Both the position numbers and the translations under genes were made by a program. From NCBI GenBank assembly GCA_977016875.1, contig CDRNST010000354.1:930001-994000 (forward strand): a stretch of 64,000 nucleotides of DNA, read 5' to 3'. Positions 24,921-34,800 of the stretch are shown one piece after another; within the stretch, counting starts at the first letter, position 1; every line of letters begins with the position of its first letter. The notes under the pieces are model-generated. The model was given only the letters and a program-made list of their open reading frames with translations. It was not told the DNA's origin and made no database searches. The stretch is from Pavona decussata. Its lineage: Eukaryota.

Positions 24921-27283
24921 GAAGGTAAGTAATAAGAGGTAGTTAACTGACCACCCATAATGTCAAGGATACGTGCTCGCTTACTGGAGGTGGTCACTTA
25001 CCAGAGGTCACACCACAGTGGAGGGTCTAAATTTTGGGTAATTTACATATGGTTATTGCGGACACCTAACCCTTTTGCCAGTGCTTATCAAAACCCAAAG
25101 TAAAAACTTTTCTTTAGACTCCCTGATTTAGGAGGAAACAGTGAACGGGATATTTGCAATGTTACATTTCAAGGGTAACACATCAACAACTTTGGCGTTT
25201 GTTTGTTACATAATCCAGTTGACATTCTTCATCACCACAATTTTTCTGTTGAATAATACAAGGTGCAGTGAGTCATCACCGCTCGTGCATGTACATGCAT
25301 GCTATTTACAAGATGAGAGAGTTTCTTTTCTATAAGGGATTCAACCTGATTAAAGTTTATTTCAATGAACACTGTAGTGCATGTTTATGTTATCATTTGT
25401 TTTGACTTTGACTGGGAGTCCTCTAAGAAGGTACCGTAAACTATAATTGAATAGAACTAGAAATAACCAAGGGTTAGGAAGTGCGGGCCAGAACACTTCT
25501 GAGTCAAGGGATTTTCAATGAAACTTTTGTTGAGCATTGAAATTAGTTGGCCATCACGTTGGGTAGTCAAATACCTGTATGTCTCTGTTGAAGATGATTT
25601 CCAGTCCGAGACGAGATATTAAACGAAAAAGGTAACCTGAGGATTATATCTTCGCATTTCAAAAATATGTGCTCGATGGTGTCGCTTTCGCAAACAGACG
25701 CGAAGGCTTGTGTTGAGTGCTTATCTCATTTCCTGGCTCTAGTTTTCTAGCTGCCGGTCTATATCGCTTTCTTCATCATTATACATCCCTTCGACAGAGT
25801 TTTCATCCAGCCAAACATGCCAGCACTGCTTAAAATAGATCGTCCAAAATGCAAAAGAATGTCTAATATCTTATTGTGTGACAAAATTGTAGGTATATAT
25901 GTAACCAAGTAAGGCTAAATTCACTGCGAGTAATCCACCACTTGCACTTTGTAATCCAGTAATATTACTGTTGCACATGTCAAGTCCCATTGCCAAATTT
26001 GTATTCAAGTTAAGTAGATGTTGTCTTCTTCGGTTCCACTGTCGGTTCGCATCGAATCTCAAATGAGGTTCGTCGAAACAAGTTTGCATCGCTTGCTGCT
26101 TTCCATTTGCAATCTTTTAAATATATGGTAAAACTCCAATGATGCGAAACTTCGGCTTTGAAAATCGAGTACACTGGCCAGCATGGCGGCCATCTTTTAA
26201 AATATTAATTGTTCGAGGTTGGGATCCCATGTGACAAACTGTACCAATTGACACATTTTTCGCATTCTGATCGTTCTTAGTTGCAGAACAAAATTTCAAT
26301 TTCCGGTTTCAGCCTCCCTGTTATAAACATGGCACGCAAGCGTAATATGCAAATACTATCATATTTTAATTAAAAAATTGCATAGCTTAACGTAAGCCAG
26401 AATATGGAACAACAACCATCCATTTATGTGATATTATTATTGTGTTATTAACTATAACATGAAACGGAATTAACTAGTTGTTTTGAAATACTTAATAAAC
26501 TTCTGAACGAACAGAATGTTTCTCTTTCTTCAGTTCAAGGAACTGTTTTTAAACGTAAAGTCATTAAAAGACCATGGTTGATTCTATTCTAGATGGGTAT
26601 GACAAAGCAGATTTCGCCAGAATATGTTGAGGATGATAAACCATTCCAAATCGCAGATCGCCAGCCAAGCATTTGCCCAATTTGCACTGGCACCTATTCA
26701 CTGTACCTCAAGCACAACACCACTCAAAGATCCAAACTTTTTAATTAGGCTTCTGATGTTGATGATGCCAAGTTCACCACCATCAGAGAAGTAAATATCT
26801 AGGGGTGATATACCACGAAAACGGATGTTCACATAGGTTATATTATACATCCCGCATACCTGGCTAGGCCACGAAAAACCTGACGATAATAACTCCTTTG
26901 AAAGGATTTTCTCTAAAATTTAGTTCGGGACCCTTTCTATGGGGGTGGAACCATCGTTTGTGGGTACCATTTCAACGGTCTCGTTTTCAACAATGTTAAA
27001 GGTGTTGATCATGTTCAAGCACCTCTCTTTCCTTTCCCATATACTGGTAGTATGTGTTATCCTCCTGCGTAGATAACAAATCCGTCCCCTCACCTTCCAC
27101 CTCTTCTTCTGCTCTTTCCTCCTGCTCATCATCTTCCACCTCTCCATTTGCCTTTTTCCCCTGCTCCTCTTCCTCCAGCAACACCCTGCCGTCCACACAT
27201 ATGTAGTGTTCTCCGTGGTTCTCTGCATAATGCCCCAGCCGAACTCTTGCAGTGGTTATGCTAGAAGAGGGAGAAATCGCCAC

Positions 27284-27945
27284 TGTGGCATCAGGTCCCA
27301 AGGTCGAAGCTATAACAATTTGAATATAGTACAAATCTGCTGCCGCTTGTGAAGAAACAAGCCTTCTCGATGACAGTTAGTTCTTTAATCACAACGATGA
27401 ACGAGTCCTAATACACAGAAATGAGACAAAATTACAGTAAGATTGGGGAACGAAAGGACGGAGTACATAAAAATAATAATCAACTTACGTATTATTGTCA
27501 CAAACGAGCGAGGAGTTACAATATGGCTATGATTTCGGAAGCAGATGCTTGTAAACAAGGCTTAGACAAAATGTCCGACCAGTGAATACTGGACTCACAA
27601 AGTGGTCAGCGGTTACATCGAAATCGAGGTATATGCATTGTGTTACTATCCTCAAGTGTAACAGTATCTCTATCGACAGTATCTCTGCATCCCCCCTAGT
27701 TCGGGACTCTATAGTCCTTTATAGAAGGGCGACCTCAAAGCCTAACGTTCAATCCACTGCCCAGTTTCCGGCTCATAGTGCTTCGGGGGTTGCCGGCTGC
27801 GTCTTGGGTGCCGTTGCTGGTCTGGTGCTGGTGTCTCAGGAGCGGAGGGAGGTCCAGGGCACGGATAGTTGGTGAGGACTGGTGCCAGCGATGTGGAAGC
27901 CGTTGGCAACGGTGACAGGCCGTCGGGTGGGGTTGTGTCATCAGG
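27284..27945 (-). mobile_element. 3' end of a Gypsy-like LTR retrotransposon (integrase tail, PPT, 3' LTR)
   Basis: Pro-rich tail ending RHPRRSRQPPKHYEPETGQWIER*, polypurine tract AGGGGGGA at 27690-27697, LTR starting TG at 27689; the LTR end (~27284) is uncertain. Confidence 0.7.
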
Positions 27946-28891
27946 GAAAGACGCCAAAACAAGTCAACTGTCCATGGCTATGTTTTACAAAGACATCCCT
28001 GGAAAGATGGATGCCGTGAACCCTGTGGCTGAAGATGAAGATGCAAACATGGGTTTAAAAGCTCGTTATGAATTCACAAAACAAAGTGACACTGTCGATA
28101 TGTTGGGCCCCATTCACAGTGATATTTTCTTCCAAGACCGCTTAATACTGAACGGAGTCAATCTGAGAATCAAGCTTAACAGAGCTAAGAATTCTTTCTG
28201 CTTGCTGTCATCAGCCGCAGCTCCCGATTTCAAGGTAGTAATTACAGAAGCGATCCTGTATGTTCGCAAAGTTAAAGTAGGCTCTTCCATTATTATGGGA
28301 CATGCGGCTGCGCTTAAGCAAACAAGTGCCAAGTATCCAATCCGTCGAGTTGACTGCAAAGTTCTCTCCATCCCAGGAGGATTCAGCACCTTTACCCCAA
28401 ATAACCTTTTCTTGGGGCACATACCCAAGCGCTTAGTACTGGTGTTGGTGGATACAGAAGCCTTTAATGGAACTTACTCCTCCAATCCGTTTAACTTTAA
28501 GCACCACAGCTTGACTCAAGTGGGTGTGTACGTAGACGGAGAACAAATTCCTCGAAAACCCCTGTTTCTGAAATTTGATGAGGCCGGTGGTCAGAATTTC
28601 ATTGCTGGATATCAAAGCCTGTTTTTAGGCACTGGAAAGCTCTCCCTGGATACAGGCAACCAGATCAATAGAAGTGATTACGGTTCCAGCTACACAGCAT
28701 TCTGTTTTGACCTGTCCCCAGACCATTTCTCAGGTGATCATTTTGAGCTTATAAAACGAGGCAGCCTGCACGTGGAGCTTCATTTCGCACAGGCACTCGC
28801 CAATACGGTTAACCTCATCGTTTACGCTGAGTTTCAAAACGTGATCAGGATTGACGCTAACTGAAACGTTCTGTACGACTACACAAACTAG
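27945..28891 (+). pseudogene. Polinton major capsid protein (double jelly-roll), 5'-truncated
   Basis: GKDAKTSQL..FYKD..GL.AR...GPIHSDIFFQDRLILNGV..KYPIRR..NLFLGHIPKR..NPFNFKH..FDLSPD..IVYAEFQNVI.ID; premature TGA at 28862, natural stop at 28889-28891. Confidence 0.9.
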
Positions 28892-28892
28892 A

Positions 28893-29367
28893 ATGGATAC
28901 CGTTCAACTGATGCTCATTTTGAGAAAGGATAAATATACCCGAGGCGTGTTTCAAGGAGTGTATCCGTCAGATAAACTACCAAAAAGTGTTTCATCCTAC
29001 CCAGCCCTGTTCATTGCCAATGTGGATACGAGTGACAAGCCCGGATCAGAATGGGTTGCGTTTTATTTCACCAAAGACCGTGAGGGAGAATTTTTCGACT
29101 CTTACGGATCATGCCAAGCAATTATACTGGAACATTTACTGATTTCTTTCTAACCAGTGAATATTTAACTCTGTGACATTACAAAGCATAAACTCAAAAG
29201 TGTGTGGGCATTTCAGCTTATACTATGCCTTGTTTCGCTGCCGTAATATTACGATGAGCACCATTGTACATAGGTTTGCTAGCAATAAACATCGAAATGA
29301 TTTTTTTGTAAAACGCTTTATCGAAAAACATTTCCCTTTAAGTCTAAAAAAATATCATACCCTGTAA
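28893..29367 (+). pseudogene. Adenain-like cysteine protease
   Basis: GVYPSDKLP..IANVDTSDKPGSEWVAFY..EFFDSYG...LQSINSKVCGHFSLYY; the expected catalytic His (GxHW) reads Glu; frameshifted near 29110-29170. Confidence 0.88.
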
Positions 29368-29469
29368 ACAAACAAAGACACCATGTAATTTCATTTTAAT
29401 GAATTTTATTGAGTGATCAAAAAATAAAGATGTGATTACAATGAAAAAATGTCTCTCGCCATGGTTTTT

Positions 29470-30231
29470 ATAACTTTAGTCAACCGACAGCTTGGGGGCG
29501 TGGACTCGCGACCCTTCGCTTTTGTTTTTTCACGGGTGATGAGGCAGTGGGCGGGGTAGGGAAGGGCTAGCTGGAGTCTCGTCTCGAACCCTGGTTTTAA
29601 ATTCCTGGATAGCACTTTGCCTCTGGGGATTATGCACCAAGTTTTCAGGGACGTTCATTTGTGCTTGGCCTCTCGCAAACACTGACCATCCAACAGGCTC
29701 AAAACCTTTTCGGTGACGTACTATATCATTGACTAAATCCACCACGTGAGACCCGGGTATCGGTTTGTTTTCATACAGCAATTCTCCCTTATCATTCCAA
29801 TGCAGGAGATCTCGGTTTTATTTTATTTTATCCAAGAGTTGTCTCGCCCCAGCTTTGTACATCTTAGGTACACTTTTCATGACTTCTTCTTCGACCGCTG
29901 TAGGTATAGTTCCCACCTCGGTGGGTGTTTCTCCCGTAGGTTGTTCATTCTCCTCTGGTTTAGGTGTTTCTGTAGCTTTGGGGGCTGTTAATTTCACTTG
30001 AAGTGGTTGACCTTTTCTCTGATCGTAATAAGTCAAGTACCGCTGCAACACTTGGTTGTAAAGCCTCGCTTTTTCGTCATCATCGAGCTTTTTACTGGAT
30101 AAAATCTGACCCATTTCACTGTCTAAGTTTTAAAGAGTTTGTGTCACTGGTGGAGTTAATATCTGCTGGCGTTCTTGCAATCTTTCCAGTGTATTCTTGG
30201 GGACGAGAACCATACGCTTTGTGTGATTCAT
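29470..30231 (-). pseudogene. Conserved Polinton accessory ORF (unknown function)
   Basis: MNHTKRMVLVP..LDSEMGQILSS..DEKARLYNQVLQRYL..WNDKGELLY..IPGSHVVDLVND..PVGWSVFA..NVP; two in-frame stops. Confidence 0.75.
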
Positions 30232-30232
30232 T

Positions 30233-30559
30233 TTAGGTAAGAATCGCACTTAATACACGAAGCACGGGAGGTAACAAAACACTTAAAAAGTTTCCCCCGT
30301 GTTGTACCAACACTTTCTTTTTCTTAGCAAGGGGTGTACTTTTTTCGGCTAAAGCGATCTAAGATTTCTTGTGAGCCAAAAGCTTTTTCTTAGCTGGCTT
30401 ACTGACAGGCACTCTTCCTTTAAGCACGTTTAAAACACACTCACAAATGGTTCTTACTAAAGCGTCGTCGGCCACTTTCAAAATGGCTTTACGTTGAGCT
30501 GGAGTACACCTGACAAGGAGCTTCAGAAAATCGTGGTTCTTTCTCAGACGCTGGGCCAT
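30233..30559 (-). pseudogene. Small basic Polinton protein with C-terminal QHGG-amphipathic helix
   Basis: MAQRLRKNHDFLKLL..RKAIL..ICECVLNVLKG.VP..KKS*IALA..KKKKVLVQHGGNFLSVLLPPVLRVLSAILT; one premature TAG at 30359-30361. Confidence 0.8.
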
Positions 30560-30595
30560 GCTCAACTGAAGAAATTTGATGTGGTTCACGCTTTT

Positions 30596-31237
30596 TTATA
30601 GGTTTCTGACGTAGGCGTACTGAGTCTCCCCGGGGAAAATATTCGTACGCAACCGGAAGTCTGTAGGCGTTTCCGGTTTAAGATTGCATAACAAGTGCCC
30701 ATAAGGCCTTATGGTCGCATCCTCAAAAGCCTCTTGCATATATTTTGTATGACCGGGGAACATCTGTTTTGCTAAATGATTGATCTGACTACTGTCACGC
30801 GGGCGTTTGAACACCACTAGATAATGACAGTTCAAACTCATATCTCTTAATTCTTTTCCGCGGTCAAAAATGTTTTGGAGAATAAAAATAACGCTGAGAT
30901 TGCGATGGTGACATCCTTTGGTGAATAGATTTGTAATCCGCTGAATATTACTTAGTTTTTGCATCAAATCATCAATAACGACAAGGTTTCGAAGCGATGG
31001 ATTTATAATGGATTCTAAATCGCCAGGCACTCCTTCGACAAACGTAATGTTTGGAATAGTTTTAAGCATTTCATCGTACGCTGGTTGATACATTCCATAA
31101 CACCATATAATATTTTCAGGTGTGCCATTAATCATTTCTTCTCCAGATTCAAGTAAACGTTTAACAAACTGACTTTTACCACAACACGTTGGGCCGGCCA
31201 GTAGTGCCAGGAAGGGATGTATCCACCTCGGATCCAT
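30596..31237 (-). CDS. A32/FtsK-like DNA packaging ATPase
   Basis: Open frame with Walker A GPTCCGKS, Walker B LVVIDD, and FTKGCHHRNLSVIFILQN. Confidence 0.92.
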   Translation of the reverse strand: MDPRWIHPFLALLAGPTCCGKSQFVKRLLESGEEMINGTPENIIWCYGMYQPAYDEMLKTIPNITFVEGVPGDLESIINPSLRNLVVIDDLMQKLSNIQRITNLFTKGCHHRNLSVIFILQNIFDRGKELRDMSLNCHYLVVFKRPRDSSQINHLAKQMFPGHTKYMQEAFEDATIRPYGHLLCNLKPETPTDFRLRTNIFPGETQYAYVRNL

Positions 31238-31274
31238 AGTCACAACTGACGGTTTAAACTGCGAACACTTTGAT

Positions 31275-31472
31275 TTATAGAAAAATTGTTTTAGGCTCAG
31301 CCTCTTTCTCATGCACGCGAATCATGTTGGTATTTTGTAATTTAGCAGATTGGAGCCAATATTTCCGTTCCAGTTCAGTTAAGTCGTGCACACGAGCTAA
31401 ATGATCTGCCAATTGCACTAAAAATTTGGACCCGCAACCGGGGATCAGGCAATGCTTGCATTTTCTCTTCAT
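31275..31472 (-). CDS. Small C2H2-like zinc-finger protein in the Polinton
   Basis: MKRKCKHCLIPGCGSKFLVQLADHLARVHDLTELERKYWL (C-x4-C...H-x4-H); lies directly upstream of the ATPase on the same strand. Confidence 0.6.
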   Translation of the reverse strand: MKRKCKHCLIPGCGSKFLVQLADHLARVHDLTELERKYWLQSAKLQNTNMIRVHEKEAEPKTIFL

Positions 31473-31697
31473 GTTGACAGTATGAAAGTTTGCTTTCAAC
31501 TGAATAAAACTGTTTGAAACACGAAATTTATTGTTAATTTAACACAAAACGACCGTCATAAATGCCAAAGACGCCATAATCGCCGCTTTTGAGGTGTGTG
31601 TTTCCCTGGGATCGCGCGTGAGAGGCTCCCGCGCGGAGGTCGCGCGCGCGTGACTAGACAGACAACAAGCCATGATTACAATTCTGCCAACTTTGTT

Positions 31698-31805
31698 TAT
31701 TTACAAAACTATTTTCCTATGTACAAAACAATTCTATGAAAAATACTATTTACCACTAGAATCTATATATTTACAACTATTTACAAAAAGCGAAAATTAT
31801 TTACA
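31698..31805 (-). promoter_or_regulatory. Cluster of five UGUANAUA (Pumilio response element) motifs in the pPolB 3' UTR
   Basis: Plus-strand TATTTACA or TATGTACA at 31698, 31718, 31768, 31778 and 31798, just downstream of the pPolB stop (31834). Confidence 0.55.
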
Positions 31806-31833
31806 AGCGAGAAAAATCTATGTATAAATAAAT

Positions 31834-34800
31834 CTAAAATATCGAGTGGAGTTGTAATGACTCCATCAGCCAAAACTTTACTTTTTTAGGATAAAAATAT
31901 GAGAACGCATCTCTAACTTGAGTATAAGTAAACATCGTGTTGTTGACTACTCAGAAACCTCGATTCACCCCAGCACTATTCTGTTTGGTCAACAGTACAT
32001 TGAGATACTTGTCTTTGTTAATTTCGTTTGTTTTCTTATTGACACCTTTACAACTGAACTTATCTTCCGCCCCAAAACAATAATAAGTCTTACTACACAA
32101 CCCAATAATGCCTTGTCCCTCCCATTCCACTTTGAACAACCCGGGGGTTCGCTTGTCATACGCTTTATGCTCTGGAGTGTCGGTACACGGAAACCAGTTA
32201 CACTTATCTAGTGCGAATTCCTCTCTTAACTCTGGCTTGACCAGACTTTCCACGCTTTCCCCAGAAATTGCGATATACGCACTATCTGTATCCATTTCGC
32301 ACATTTGAAAATCTGAGCGATCCAAATACTTGTCTAAAAAATCATAATAAAATTCTAACATGCGAAGTTTTGCGTATTGATACATAAGAAAACCGACTTG
32401 AATAGGTAAATTTAAATTAATAGTTTTCTTGCAGGACTGAACCTCATACGTATCTTCGGTTATATTGTCCAATTTCCTGAAGAGAGGGCTGTTCACTTTT
32501 CTGCTAGCTCCCGCGTCACTGCAAAATTCCACATTCATATGCTTCACTTGGTTCGTTATGCATTTGCCGTAAGCGCTATTTCCAGACTAGAAATAATAAT
32601 ATTGAATGAAATCAGTTGTCTATCCGTGAAATATGTATATTGTTCCCACCCCTTATTTTCCATAACAAAACAACAACTTACCAGTTTCATTGTATCCGCG
32701 ATGATGGCTTTGTAACGGTCTGCGTCTCCTGCTCGTCTCGTGTCAGATACTGCGTCACCAAACGGTTTGAAGCAGGGTTCAGGAGTATATTCAATGACTT
32801 GGTAGACTTTTGTGACCTCCAGGCCATGCTCAAGATACCATTTGAGGAGGGGCGTTGCAAGCAGAATTTTTTCCCCTTTCATGCTTCCGATGAGACTGCG
32901 TCGGGGTTGTGGCATGGTGTTGTTCTCCTCAGCGTAACTTTTCATGAACTCCCCAATATCGTCACGGCTGATGTTGGTGTTTTTAACGATCAGGCACATC
33001 TCGCTGAACTTGTCCTTGAGGTGATCTGGCACGCGAATATCCACTTCCACACAACCAAACAAATGCTCATTTCGCACCTCGTTCAAAATTCACTCGGGGC
33101 TCATCGTTTTCACTTGATCCAACTTTCTTTTTACTTCGGTAGCGATGAATCGCTGCAGTTCACGATTGTTTTTCTTCATCTCTCATTATTCACGCTCCCA
33201 CATCTCTACCACGTTGTATCCTTTACTCTTGATATACTCGGTGTTGGCTCTTGTTTCTTCCAGCAGCTCACACATGGGCTTCTTGCGCTTTTCGTTAAAA
33301 TCTTTACCACGGTTGAGCGAGCAGTTATGCCCGTGCCAATAGCAGCCATGGAATTGATAGACGGTTTGTGTCTGTGCGTTGAATTCGTCCACAGGGAGTC
33401 TGCCATCGCCGATACGCTTCTCGGTGTTGTTGAGTTGATGGCGGATGTGAATTCTCTCTTGCTGCGCCACCCATTCCAGCCATTCGATCGCCATCTTCAT
33501 AGAACCTTTTGATTTAAACTGGTTCTCTGCCACTCTTATTGTAAAGCTTCCAGTGGGCATGTTCTGCATCACAGCCCACAGGTATAAAGCATTTGCATCA
33601 TACCCCACGATCTTCTGACACAGCTTAGCAGCCTGGCCTTTCTCTGCTTCCCTGAGTTTTGTTTTGCCGGTTTCGTGGTAGCGATAGAAAATTATACTAG
33701 GCCCGCCTGTGTTATTGTCCCGGATAAGGTGGTACACGTCGCTGTTGGCTTGGTCGAAGAGAAATAGGTTTGCGGCGACAGGTAAGAGAAGAGATACTTT
33801 AACGTGAGACCAGGAACAGAAATGCCACCTTTCAACATGTCGATCTTTGTCTCTTGCCAGAACTGACTCATTTTCTCTACCGCTTCTAGGAAAGGTTCCA
33901 CGTCGAGATTATTGTACCAAACTAGAAAATCCTTAAAACTGGTCATCTCGTTTTCTTCCCAGACTTGTTGGCAATAGGCGTACTCTTCCGTTGTTATGTT
34001 GGCATTCTTCAGACTTGAGTAGAAAGCTTCGTGGGGAGGTAATGACGTTTCTTCTAGCTTGTCCAGGTTGTCAACCCACTCGTATGGGAAATAACCTTTC
34101 GTTTGAGGACATTCGTATGCCTTTAAGAACTGGTTATAACTGAACTCAGGAGCTAAATAGTTGGAAATGTCGAGAAACTTGAGGTATTCCGTCTTGAGAC
34201 ACATGTGATTGCTGTTTCTCTTGATGGTGAACTTGACTGGTTGAGTCTCGATGAGGTGGGGAAATAAAAATTCTTTCACAGCGTTGAAATCATACTGGCC
34301 AGAATGGAAACCAAGTACAGGCAGTTCTTGAAGGTATGCGTTCAGTTTTTCTTCGAGCTTGTTCAACACTTTGCTATCGCTGGTCTGTTCCTCTCCAAAC
34401 AGTAAATCTTCGAGCTCTTGAGTGCTTCAAACACGGTTGCGTACTGTTCACGTAGCAGAGAAGAGCTCTTGGTACTGATCTCGGTTAGGTACTGTACAAA
34501 ATCTTGAAGCATCTGCTTCGGGTCACCGTTAGAGACGAAACAGTTGAGCGCTTGGTAATCAGGCACATTACTACAAACACTCACACTAAGGGGTACATGC
34601 GACGTTTGCCAGGTCAATTTTTCGGTGTTCTTTAATTCTTGCACTTTTTCTTGATCGAAGTAGCACTCAAAGTCATAGGTGGCTCTGTAAGGGAGGTACC
34701 GTGCTTCGTCAGGGACAATAATGCCCTCCTCTTCTAATTCTTCAAAGACGGTTTTGGGTACATGGTATGCTCTGCCAGGATATTTCAGCTGCACTTTGCC

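Noticed and set aside
27265-27284. TGGCGA after the putative LTR end as a primer-binding site
   Set aside because: No recognisable extended tRNA complementarity and no gag-like ORF follows.
32616-33512. 298-aa plus-strand ORF
   Set aside because: Antisense to pPolB with no recognisable motifs.
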